A stretch of 64,000 bases of DNA from Candidatus Multivoradales bacterium (GTDB taxonomy: Bacteria > Acidobacteriota > Thermoanaerobaculia > Multivoradales > J023): NCBI GenBank assembly GCA_965248925.1, contig CBDFLE010000006.1, positions 5,024,001 through 5,088,000 on the forward strand. The letters run 5' to 3'. Each line of letters starts with the position of its first letter. Position 1 is the stretch's first letter. This document shows, one piece after another, positions 20,302 to 29,438 of the stretch. Below the pieces are notes generated by a model. That model was not told where the DNA came from. It searched no databases and was given only the letters and a program-made list of their open reading frames with translations. The position numbers and the translations under genes are program-made.

Positions 20302-21089
20302 CGATCTGGAGGATCCTCTGGTAAAAAATGCAAATGGACCTTTCGCACAAATTGGGGCTCGCCGTCCCCGAGGCCGTAAAGCTCAACCCATAGGCCGGTG
20401 GCTGGAAGAGCGTCGCGGTACAGCAATGCTCTGGCGCTCCCCTTGTCGTCGACGAAGAGATCGAGGCTGCCGAGAAGCTGGTCATCGAACGACACCAACC
20501 GCAGCTGGTATTCGCTGAATGGATGATCGCCCCGCGAGAAGTCGAGGATGAAGAAAGGGGCGCTGGACTTCAACTCGAGGGATTTCACATCGCTGCGCAT
20601 AGGCGGGCCGATTATGAACAAAGCGGGGTTGGCCCGCGGCCTCTGCAACTCGGCGAGACGTAGTGTCAAGTCGTCGACGCTACTACGCAGATGTAGGCCA
20701 TCGACCGCCAAACCGAGGGGGAGGATGACGAAGATCGCCGCCGCCGCTGCTCGCCATCGCCGCGAGGTTGGCAGACTTGGTCTTGCTGATTGCCCGCCGA
20801 TCCTGTTTTGCAGTTCCCTCCAAGAGGCCGCGAGCTCGAAATCCACCACCCCCTCCACCGACGGCTCTTCGGGCTCGGCCAGTGGCGCCATATCGAGTAG
20901 CCGAGCCGCGCACCGCGGGCAGCTCACCAGGTGGTCTCTAGTCTGCTCCTCGGTCTTTGGATCGAGGGCATCGGCGTAATAGTCGAGCAAGCGCTGATCA
21001 GCGGGATGCTCGAAGTCGGTTTCGGCTTGGGCCTGGCGTGCCAGCGTACTGACCAAGCCTGCGAAATCACTCACCTCTCGGTCCTTCAT
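20298..21089 (-). CDS. zf-HC2 (ZAS-type) anti-sigma factor with TM helix
   Basis: HLVSCPRC zinc motif and a TM segment. ATG at 21089 overlaps the sigma stop, and its own stop overlaps the CHAT start. Confidence 0.88.
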   Translation of the reverse strand: MKDREVSDFAGLVSTLARQAQAETDFEHPADQRLLDYYADALDPKTEEQTRDHLVSCPRCAARLLDMAPLAEPEEPSVEGVVDFELAASWRELQNRIGGQSARPSLPTSRRWRAAAAAIFVILPLGLAVDGLHLRSSVDDLTLRLAELQRPRANPALFIIGPPMRSDVKSLELKSSAPFFILDFSRGDHPFSEYQLRLVSFDDQLLGSLDLFVDDKGSARALLYRDALPATGLWVELYGLGDGEPQFVRKVHLHFLPEDPPDR

Positions 21090-21781
21090 TCCGTGACCTC
21101 GGATTTCAACTCGGTCAGCGCGAACTCGCTGAGATTCAACAGCAGCTTTTGCCGCCCCTGGAACATGTGCGCCTTGACGGTGTTGAGCTTGACTTTCATG
21201 ACGGTGGCGATCTCGGTATAGCTCAAACCCTGGTAGAGGTGCAGGGTCATGCACTGCCGCATCTGCTTGGGCAACTCGCCGACGGCATCGCGCATGATCT
21301 GGCGGCGCTCGCCGTCGAGGACAGTATCAAGCTGTTCGGCGGGCATTGCCATGGCCGCTGCTAGTGCTTCCTGGTCGTCGTCATGTGAGATCTCGTAGGC
21401 TGATCGTTTTGCCGTCGCCGCCGCTCGCCGTCGTTTCAAGTAGGTGGTTTTGGCCAGCTGGTAGAGCCAGCCTTGAAACCGATCCTGGTGGCGGTAGGCC
21501 TTCAATCCTCTAAGAATGCCAACGAAGGTCTCCTGGGTTAGATCGAAGCACTCTTCGGCGGCAAAGCCCTGCCGCGAGAAGAAGCGCTGCAGCGGTCGGT
21601 AGAAGCTCTGATAGAGAAAACGGAAGTTGGCCTCGTGGTCGACGCCCGCGGCCAGGGCCGCCGCCGCCCGATTAACCTGCTCATATTTGTCCGCGGCAGG
21701 CTTGGCGGAGCGGGCGAGGTCATCAGCAGGCGTCGAATCGCCGCGCCGACGGTCGGCGGCGGCATCTTGGGAAGCGTCCAT
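21086..21781 (-). CDS. ECF RNA polymerase sigma factor
   Basis: Region 2 (DLTQETF, FQGWLYQLA) and region 4 (GLSYTEIATVMKVKLNTVKAHMFQGR). Confidence 0.93.
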   Translation of the reverse strand: MDASQDAAADRRRGDSTPADDLARSAKPAADKYEQVNRAAAALAAGVDHEANFRFLYQSFYRPLQRFFSRQGFAAEECFDLTQETFVGILRGLKAYRHQDRFQGWLYQLAKTTYLKRRRAAATAKRSAYEISHDDDQEALAAAMAMPAEQLDTVLDGERRQIMRDAVGELPKQMRQCMTLHLYQGLSYTEIATVMKVKLNTVKAHMFQGRQKLLLNLSEFALTELKSEVTE

Positions 21782-21954
21782 CGGTCGTTACTCTTTCCTG
21801 GAAACCTAAATTTTGAGTCCAGGATACACGGATCGCTGGCACTTGGGTCAAGTCTGATTCACTCCCCGCCGTCGCTGAGCGGTGCTATCATTCACCAAGA
21901 GATTCAGTTTACCAGGGGCTCGCGCAGCCCGAGCCTGGACGAAAGGACGATCCA

Positions 21955-23607
21955 ATGTCTGCGAGCATTTGCAACGGAAGGTCGGTGGCGCGCCCGCGCC
22001 GCGGCGCGGGCTGGCTTGGTGGCTTGGCCCTCGCCCTAACCCTCTTCATGCCGACTTCGGCCGTCGCCAAACGCGGTTCCGCCGATTCGCCCAAAAAAAC
22101 CGCGACCGCGGACGATCTACTGATCGTTGATTGCTTGCTACCGGCGCGAGTGCGGCGGCTGGGTGGGCGAACCACCTTCCTGGCGCCACGCCGGCCGCTA
22201 AAAACCACGGCGGTGGATTGCCGTATTCGCGGCGGCGAGTACACCGAGCCGGGCCAGGCCGATTACCGCACCGCCTTGCAAGTTTGGCTACCGCAAGCCA
22301 AGGCCGGCGACGCCGAAGCACAATTCTATGCTGGGCAGATATTCGAGCGGGGCCTCGGCACGGCACCGGACTTCGCCAGCGCGGTGCTCTGGTATCGCCA
22401 AGCCGCGGAGCAGGACTACGCCCCGGCGCAAGTGAATCTTGGCTTCATGTACGAGCAGGGCCTGGGGGTCGACAAAGACGAAGTCCAGGCCCTGACCTGG
22501 TACCGGCGGGCGGCCGGTGCGGCCGAAGACCTGGTAGTGCTCGAACAAGCGGACTATGCCGAACTGGTGGCGGCGCGGGAGGAGTTGGCCAGCAAGAGCG
22601 CCGAGGTCGAGCAGCTGGAGACTCAGGTCGAGGCACTGCGCCAGCAGCTCAAAGCGTCGGCCAGCGAGTCGGTGGAGAACCGCCAGCAGCAAACGACTCT
22701 GCGGTCGTTGCTCGACAATCTGGAGCGAGAGCTGGGCCAGCGCAACCGGGCGCTCAGCGAGCGCGGCCAGCGCCTGCTGAGCCTGGAACAAGCTTTGGCC
22801 CAGCAGACCACTGCCGGGCAACAGCCTGAGGCCGCGAGTTCGCTGGCGGCGGTGCGCCAGGAAATAGACTTTGGTGGCTACCACGCCCTGGTGATCGGCA
22901 ATAGCAATTACCAGCAGCTGCCAGCGCTGGAGACGGCAGTCAACGATGCCCGCGAGGTGGCCGACCTGCTGCGCGAGAAATACGGTTTCGAGGTCCGCCT
23001 GCTGCTTGACGCCACCCGCTACCAGTTGATGACCGCTCTCAATGAGCTGCGAGAAGATCTCACCAGCGAGGACAATTTGTTGGTTTACTACGCCGGCCAC
23101 GGCAGCCGCGACCTGACTGCAGATAGCGGCTACTGGCAGCCGGTCGATGCCGCTGCTGACAATCGCGTCGATTGGATACCCAACGCGATGATTGCCGAGC
23201 ACCTCGATCTGGTGCCGGCGCGCCATGTGTTGGTGGTCGCCGACGGCCACTTCTCGGGACTGAGAACGCGCTCGGCAGTGGCTCAACTACCTACCGGTAT
23301 GACTGGCGAGGAACGTTTTCATCACCTGCGGCTGATGACCGAGCGGCGCTCGCGCTTGGTGCTGACCTCGGGCGGCTTGCGGCCTCGGGTGGAGCGCGCG
23401 GGGGCCAAGAGTTCGCGCTTCTCCTCCGCCTTTGTCGAGGCGTTGCGGGAGAACGACGGGGTGCTCGAAGCTTCGCGAGTCTACCGCCAGGTGCAAAGCA
23501 AGGTCGGCACTGCCGCCGCGGATGTCGAGGTGCCCGCCTTCGCCGCCATGCGCTGGGCGCGCAACAACGTCGCAGACTTTTTCTTTGTGCCCCGCTCCGG
23601 GAGCTGA
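21955..23607 (+). CDS. Exported Sel1-repeat / coiled-coil / caspase (C14)-domain protein with substituted catalytic Cys
   Basis: Signal peptide, Sel1 repeats (AEAQFYAGQIFERGLG), ALVIGNSNY and YYAGHG. Has ADGHFSG where DxC is expected. Confidence 0.9.
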   Translation: MSASICNGRSVARPRRGAGWLGGLALALTLFMPTSAVAKRGSADSPKKTATADDLLIVDCLLPARVRRLGGRTTFLAPRRPLKTTAVDCRIRGGEYTEPGQADYRTALQVWLPQAKAGDAEAQFYAGQIFERGLGTAPDFASAVLWYRQAAEQDYAPAQVNLGFMYEQGLGVDKDEVQALTWYRRAAGAAEDLVVLEQADYAELVAAREELASKSAEVEQLETQVEALRQQLKASASESVENRQQQTTLRSLLDNLERELGQRNRALSERGQRLLSLEQALAQQTTAGQQPEAASSLAAVRQEIDFGGYHALVIGNSNYQQLPALETAVNDAREVADLLREKYGFEVRLLLDATRYQLMTALNELREDLTSEDNLLVYYAGHGSRDLTADSGYWQPVDAAADNRVDWIPNAMIAEHLDLVPARHVLVVADGHFSGLRTRSAVAQLPTGMTGEERFHHLRLMTERRSRLVLTSGGLRPRVERAGAKSSRFSSAFVEALRENDGVLEASRVYRQVQSKVGTAAADVEVPAFAAMRWARNNVADFFFVPRSGS

Positions 23608-23610
23608 TCG

Positions 23611-24834
23611 ATGACCGTTTGTACTAAGTGGGTGGCACTTCTAAGTGGAGTTTGCGGGTGGCTGCTCGGCGCCACCGGTGGCGCCGCCCAGCTACCACCA
23701 GCGGCGCAATTGGTGCTGGTGCCGGCGGCCTCGCCGATGGGCTATGTTCCGTTGGCCAATTTCGGCATCCAACCGCTGCCGTGCCTGGTCGATCCTGACT
23801 GCAACGAGCAGATGGAGGTGATCACTGGCCTGGACTTCTTCTATCTCGGGCGCCGCTACGACCGGGTGGAGATGTCAACCAATGGCTTTCTGGTGATCGA
23901 CGGCAACGGCGCCGACCCGGCACCGATCAATCAGGCGCTGCCCGATCCGGCACCGCCAAACAATGTGCTGGCGCCCTTCTGGACCGACCTTGACCTGCTC
24001 GACTCTGGCATGAGGGGCATCGGTGGCGGCTTATTTTTCTATGGCGACGTAACCTCTGGCCAGCAAGTTTATCATGTTTTCGAGTGGCAGCTGGCGCAGC
24101 TCTTCGGTGGCACGGGTGAAGAGTTCACCTTCCAGGTCTGGATCGAGCGTGGCAGCTCGAACATCTGGTTCGTCTATCAGGATCTGCCGCTAATGCCGGC
24201 GAATCTGACGGTGGGGGCCGAGGACACAACCGCCGGGTTCGGGGTGACGCGCTACTTCGATGGCAATGGCATGCCGCCGTTGGTCGGCGAGGATCTCAAA
24301 CTCGAGGTGCGGCTGACCGTCGATTTCGATCAACTAGCGCCTGGCATTGTAGTGACCGATCAGCTGCCGCTGGTGAGTTTCGCCACCGATCCGGGTTTCG
24401 AAGTGCAGACCACCGCGGTCGATCTGGGTTCGTCGTTGCCGAATATCATTTGTACCGTGCCGCTAGGCGTGGGAGCCACTTGTGTCAACCGTCTGGTGGT
24501 CGATTTCTCACCACCGGTCAGTGGACTGAGCTTTACCGCCTTGGGGCTCAAGAACGTGATGGCCGCGGCACAGATCGATATCTTCGAGAATGGTGTCTTC
24601 AGTTTCACGGTCAGTATTCCGGGGCCAAGTCTTGCACCCGCAGTGCCACCGTTTACGGTCTTTCTGCCTTTCGTTAGCAACATCACCCGGATTGAGATCT
24701 ACAACATTGACGACGCCGCCGGTATTGGCTGGGATGATTTCAGCTTTGTCTTTGAGCCGCAGCGACTTGGCGAACTCTTCGCTGATGGGTTCGAGAGCGG
24801 CGATACGGTGGCTTGGTCGGGGGTTCAGCCTTGA
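23611..24834 (+). CDS. Secreted protein with NIDO-like domain and C-terminal LFADGFESG motif
   Basis: Signal peptide; STNGFL, LAPFWTDL and FTFQVWI motifs; ends LFADGFESGDTVAWS. Confidence 0.8.
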   Translation: MTVCTKWVALLSGVCGWLLGATGGAAQLPPAAQLVLVPAASPMGYVPLANFGIQPLPCLVDPDCNEQMEVITGLDFFYLGRRYDRVEMSTNGFLVIDGNGADPAPINQALPDPAPPNNVLAPFWTDLDLLDSGMRGIGGGLFFYGDVTSGQQVYHVFEWQLAQLFGGTGEEFTFQVWIERGSSNIWFVYQDLPLMPANLTVGAEDTTAGFGVTRYFDGNGMPPLVGEDLKLEVRLTVDFDQLAPGIVVTDQLPLVSFATDPGFEVQTTAVDLGSSLPNIICTVPLGVGATCVNRLVVDFSPPVSGLSFTALGLKNVMAAAQIDIFENGVFSFTVSIPGPSLAPAVPPFTVFLPFVSNITRIEIYNIDDAAGIGWDDFSFVFEPQRLGELFADGFESGDTVAWSGVQP

Positions 24835-24845
24835 GCATCGAGAGC

Positions 24846-27800
24846 ATGTATCAGCTGCCGTCACCGTACCGTTTTCGCTTGGCCGGGTCGGCCGTGTTGC
24901 TGGTTTGTGCCTGGGCCTCGATAGCTGGCGCGCAGACCCTGTCGATCGACGACGTGGTGCTCATGGAAGGGAATGTCGGCATTGTCAGTGCGGTGTTCAC
25001 CGTGACTCTGAGTGACATCACTCCCTTGCAGGTTTCGGTGAATTACAACACCGTTGACGGTTCGGCAACGGTGAGTGGTGGAGATTACTTACCGGCAGCC
25101 GGCACTTTGCTGTTCACCGGCAACACTCCGCAGACCATCGTCGTAACCGTGCTGGGCGATGCGCTCGATGAATTCGACGAGATGTTCCAGGTGCAGCTCT
25201 CAAGTCCGCTCAACGCCACCCTGCTCGATGGCTCGGGAACGGCGACGATCATCGACGACGACCTGGCCGCCATGCCCACCCTGTCGATCAGCGATGCTGA
25301 GATTGTCGAAGGTGGCGCCGGCAATGTAGACGCGCTGTTCATCGTCAGACTGTCAGGGGTCAGCCCGACACCGGTGACCGTGAACTTCGCCACCACCGAT
25401 GGCTCGGCCACGGTCGCCGACGGCGATTATCTAGCGGCGGCCGGAATGGTGACCATCCCCGCCAACCAGATTGGCCAGAATATCCGAGTCTCGGTCGTCG
25501 GCGACACCCGAGTCGAGGCCGATGAGACTTTTGTCGTCACCCTATCCTCGCCAGACGGCGCCACCCTGGTCGACGCTCAGGGCTTCGGTCTGATCCGTGA
25601 CGATGACCAGCCCGCAGTCACCGCCGGCTTGTCGATCAATGATGTGGAGTTGTTCGAGGGTGATAGCGGCAATGTGGAAGCACGTTTCACTGTGTCATTG
25701 TCTGCGCCGACTCCGAATCAAGTGAGCTTCACCTTCGCCACCCGAGACGGTACCGCCAGTGCCGAGGCTGGTGACTACCAAGCCAGCGAAGGCCAGCTGG
25801 CGATCGCCGCTGGCGACTTGCAGCGCGCGGTGGTGATCCAAGTCGCGGGCGACACCGAGGTCGAGGCTGACGAGACTTTCTTTGTCGATCTCAGCGACCT
25901 GGTGGGCGCCGTGTGGGCCGATGGCGAGGGTCAAGCGACGATTCGCAACGACGATCAACCGACCCTATCGATCGGCGATGCGGCGGTGCTCGAAGGCGAT
26001 AGCGGTACGGTCGAGGCGCGGTTCACCGTCGAGTTGTCGAGCCCCCAGGCGATGGCGGTGCAGGTCGATTTCGCCACCCGCGACGGTAGCGCCTCGGCGG
26101 CGGCGGGGGATTACCAGGCGCGTAGCGGCCGGCTTGAGATTGCCGCCGGCCAAGTCCAGGCGCAACTAGTCGTGCCAGTGCGGGGCGACCTGCTGGTTGA
26201 AGGGGAGGAGGTCTTCTTTGTCGATCTCAGCGCGCCTGCCGGGGCTTCTCTGAGCGATGGCGAAGGGCGCGCAACGATCCAGGACGACGATTTGCCGGCG
26301 CTGTCGATCGACGACTTGCGCGTCGCCGAGGGCGATAGCGGCGGCACCACGGCTCGTTTCACGGTCAGCTTGTCGCAGGCCCCGGTGGCGCCGGTTGGGG
26401 TTGCCTTCGCCACTGTCGACGGCTCGGCGACGGTGGCTGATGGTGATTATCGGGCGCTTTCCGGCCAACTCGCCTTTGCCGCCGGCCAGCTCACCGCCGA
26501 AGTCGAGGTTACGGTGGTGGGCGACCTGCGGGACGAGGCCGATGAGTTCTTCTCAGTGGGGCTGGCGAACGCCACGGGCGCCACCCTGGCCGATGGCGAG
26601 GGGCAGGCGACGATCGTCGACGACGACTCCACGGCCCCGGCTCTAGCCAGTGTTTCCATTGCGGACACGGCGGTGGTCGAAGGCGATAGCGGGGTGGTCG
26701 AAGCGCGCGCCAGCGTCCGCTTGTCGCGCGCCGCCGCGACCAAGGTAGCGGTTGATTTCGCAACTCGTGACGGCGTTGACGAGAGCGCCGCCACGGTGGC
26801 TGACGGCGACTACCGGGCTGCCGGCGGTACCCTGACTTTCTTGCCGGGTGAGACCGAATTGCAGATCGTCGTGCAAGTGCTGGGCGATCTGCGGGTCGAA
26901 CTTGACGAGCGGTTTTCGGTTGAATTGACCGCTGCTCGCGGCGCCGTTTTGGGCACCAGTGAGGCGACGGTGACGGTGCGCAATGACGATGATCCGGCGG
27001 TGCTCGAAGCCGTGGGTGAAACCCGCTTGGGCACTCGGGTGAGCCAGGAGCTGACCCTGCAGACACGGGTTCACCGTACCGACGGCACGCTCCTCGCTGG
27101 GGTGGTGGTGCTTTGGCGCTTGGAGAGAGGCGAAGCGATCCTGCTGGGAGGCGAGGGCGCTGAAGCTTCTTCCATCAGCGGCGCTGACGGGGTTGCCGAG
27201 CTGCTGGTCCAAGTCGGTTCGATGGCAGGAGAGTTGTTCGTTTCGGCGCAGTTGCCGGACACGGACCAGCAAGTGGTTTTTGAGCTGACGGTGGCTGGTG
27301 ATCTGTCCGAGCTTGATGGCTTGCTGGAGGATTCCGGCGAGCGGGCGGTCGGCGAGGTTCTCGATCAAGCTTGTCCGGGAGCCAGCGGCGAGCTGGCCCA
27401 ACTCTGCGACTATGTCTTCGGTCTCGAACAGACCAGCGATCAGCTCGCCGTGCTCGGTGAACTCACCCCGCGGGAGGCCGCGGCGCAGATCGATGCCGCG
27501 ATGCGCTCGCCCGTGGCCCAACAGCGCCACATCCGCGTCCGCTTGGCCGAAGTGCGAAGTGGCCAGATCGCCGCCAATAGTGCGCGTCTGGCGCTCAACC
27601 TGCGAGGTCAGAATCTGCAGCTCAATTCACTGTTCGAGGAAGCCCAGCGCGACGACCTGCGACCGCGGTGGGCCAGAGGTTTCGGTGACACTGCCCAACT
27701 GGCTCGGCTGAGCAACGATGGGCCAGCGGTTGCTGCCCCGCCGAGCGCCGTCGCCCAGGCCGCCCAGCAGATTGACGAGCCGTCGCGCTTGGGGTTCTTC

Positions 27801-28637
27801 TTCAATGGCAGCATTTCCTTCGGCGACCGGCCAGGGAGTACTCGCGAAACCGGCCTGGAATTCGATAGCCAGGAACTCACCGCCGGCCTCGACTACCGCT
27901 TGACTGAGAGTTGGGTGGTGGGCGGCGCCTTGGGCTACTCAGAGTCCAGTTCAGACTACTCAGGCGGCGGTGGCAGCCTGGACGCCGAGGGCTACAGTCT
28001 GACCGGCTACCTGTCTTATTTTGTGCGTAACTTCTATCTCGAAGCGGTCGGCGGCTATGGCCGCGACGATTTCGACTCGGTGCGCAATATTGACCTGCCG
28101 ACGCCATTCCAAGGCCAAGGTCGGCTAGCGGCGCGGGCGGTGCCCGAAGGCTCGCAGCTGTCGCTCAGTGTCGGCGGCGGTTTTGAAGCCGCGTTTGGCC
28201 GTTGGGCTCTGGGCACCTTTGGCCGGCTGTCCTGGGCAGACATCGACATCGATGCCTACGCCGAGAGCGGCGCCGGACCCTTCTCCCTAGCCATCAGCGA
28301 GCAAAATGTCGAGTCGTTGCTCACCGAGGCTGGCGTCGAGCTGATCTACGCCAAGAGCTACGGCTGGGGGGTGTTGCAACCGATCGCGCGCCTCGCTTGG
28401 CTGCACCAGCTCAAAGACGACAGCCGCTTGATCCGTGGCCGTTTCGTCGCCGATCCTGGTGCCAATGTCTTCGCCGTGCCCACCGAGTCGCCCGATCGCG
28501 ACTACCTCAACCTCGGCGCTGGCTTCGCCGCCACCCTGCGCCACGGTCGCTCCTTCTACATGCTCTGGGACACCGACCTGGGCCGCAGCGATCTCAATCT
28601 CGACACCCTGACTTTCGGCTTCCGCGCCGAGTTGTAA
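24846..28637 (+). CDS. Autotransporter adhesin with six Calx-beta repeats
   Basis: Signal peptide, six LSIxD..xEG...ATIxDDD repeats, an Ig-like domain, a helical linker with a Cys pair, and a C-terminal autotransporter barrel (AGLDYRL..VGGALGY). Confidence 0.92.
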   Translation: MYQLPSPYRFRLAGSAVLLVCAWASIAGAQTLSIDDVVLMEGNVGIVSAVFTVTLSDITPLQVSVNYNTVDGSATVSGGDYLPAAGTLLFTGNTPQTIVVTVLGDALDEFDEMFQVQLSSPLNATLLDGSGTATIIDDDLAAMPTLSISDAEIVEGGAGNVDALFIVRLSGVSPTPVTVNFATTDGSATVADGDYLAAAGMVTIPANQIGQNIRVSVVGDTRVEADETFVVTLSSPDGATLVDAQGFGLIRDDDQPAVTAGLSINDVELFEGDSGNVEARFTVSLSAPTPNQVSFTFATRDGTASAEAGDYQASEGQLAIAAGDLQRAVVIQVAGDTEVEADETFFVDLSDLVGAVWADGEGQATIRNDDQPTLSIGDAAVLEGDSGTVEARFTVELSSPQAMAVQVDFATRDGSASAAAGDYQARSGRLEIAAGQVQAQLVVPVRGDLLVEGEEVFFVDLSAPAGASLSDGEGRATIQDDDLPALSIDDLRVAEGDSGGTTARFTVSLSQAPVAPVGVAFATVDGSATVADGDYRALSGQLAFAAGQLTAEVEVTVVGDLRDEADEFFSVGLANATGATLADGEGQATIVDDDSTAPALASVSIADTAVVEGDSGVVEARASVRLSRAAATKVAVDFATRDGVDESAATVADGDYRAAGGTLTFLPGETELQIVVQVLGDLRVELDERFSVELTAARGAVLGTSEATVTVRNDDDPAVLEAVGETRLGTRVSQELTLQTRVHRTDGTLLAGVVVLWRLERGEAILLGGEGAEASSISGADGVAELLVQVGSMAGELFVSAQLPDTDQQVVFELTVAGDLSELDGLLEDSGERAVGEVLDQACPGASGELAQLCDYVFGLEQTSDQLAVLGELTPREAAAQIDAAMRSPVAQQRHIRVRLAEVRSGQIAANSARLALNLRGQNLQLNSLFEEAQRDDLRPRWARGFGDTAQLARLSNDGPAVAAPPSAVAQAAQQIDEPSRLGFFFNGSISFGDRPGSTRETGLEFDSQELTAGLDYRLTESWVVGGALGYSESSSDYSGGGGSLDAEGYSLTGYLSYFVRNFYLEAVGGYGRDDFDSVRNIDLPTPFQGQGRLAARAVPEGSQLSLSVGGGFEAAFGRWALGTFGRLSWADIDIDAYAESGAGPFSLAISEQNVESLLTEAGVELIYAKSYGWGVLQPIARLAWLHQLKDDSRLIRGRFVADPGANVFAVPTESPDRDYLNLGAGFAATLRHGRSFYMLWDTDLGRSDLNLDTLTFGFRAEL

Positions 28638-28762
28638 GCGGCCGGCTTCGGCACCCGGCGGGCGAGTGTGTCGAGGCTGTAGCGAGCATTTGACGAGATC
28701 CTGGACATCTGCCAGACTTAGTTAACTTGGTCACATGCTGCGAACTACCGAGAGCCGAGCCT

Positions 28763-28999
28763 ATGGCAACAGTGAATGTTCACCAAGCGAAGACCCATCT
28801 CTCCCGACTCCTCGAACGGGTTTCAAAGGGTGAGGAGATCACCATCGCCAAGAGCGGTAAGCCGGTCGCCAGGTTGGTGGGGATCTCCAAAGCGCGCCGT
28901 CGTCCGGGCCGCCTCAAGGGCAAGATCCGGATGACCGAAGACTTCGATGCTGCCCTACCCGAGGGCATTGCCGGGCCGTTTCGAGGCGCCGGCAAGTGA
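28763..28999 (+). CDS. Phd/YefM family antitoxin
   Basis: TVNVHQAKTHLSRLLERVSKGEEITIAKSGKPVARL. Confidence 0.93.
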   Translation: MATVNVHQAKTHLSRLLERVSKGEEITIAKSGKPVARLVGISKARRRPGRLKGKIRMTEDFDAALPEGIAGPFRGAGK

Positions 29000-29373
29000 G
29001 GCTACTGGCCGATACTCACGCCTACCTTTGGTGGCTGCTTGATGACCCCAAACTGAGTGCAGAGGCCCGACAGGCAATGGCTGATCCGAGTACGGCTGTT
29101 TTTGTCAGCGCAGCCAGTATCTGGGAGATCTCTATCAAAGTCAGTCTCGGCAAGCTAGAGTTCGCAGGAGATCCGGTAGCTGAGATCCGGGACAATGGCT
29201 TCGACGAACTGCCGATGACCGCACAGCACGCTCAGCACGCCGGGTGCTAGCCTAGCTATCACGAAGACCCCTTCCACCGCATGCTAATTGCTCAGGCAAA
29301 GCTGGAGAATCTGGTACTTCTTTCTCGTGATGCTGCTTTCTCTAAGTACGGTGTGCAGGTTCTCCCCGCCTGA
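28996..29373 (+). pseudogene. vapC: VapC (PIN) toxin with in-frame TAG at 29248-29250
   Basis: LLADTHAYLWW and SAASIWEI motifs. The frame continues past TAG as PSYHEDPFHRMLIAQAKLENLVLLSRD...*. Confidence 0.9.
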
Positions 29374-29438
29374 GACACCGACTGCCACTTTGGGCAGCCG
29401 ATGGATCTTCTCTTGTGGATTCGTAGGTGGCAGGTGAG

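Noticed and set aside
29248-29250. Pyrrolysine or amber recoding in vapC
   Set aside because: TAG is used as a normal stop codon elsewhere in the window, and a second inactivating substitution supports pseudogenisation.
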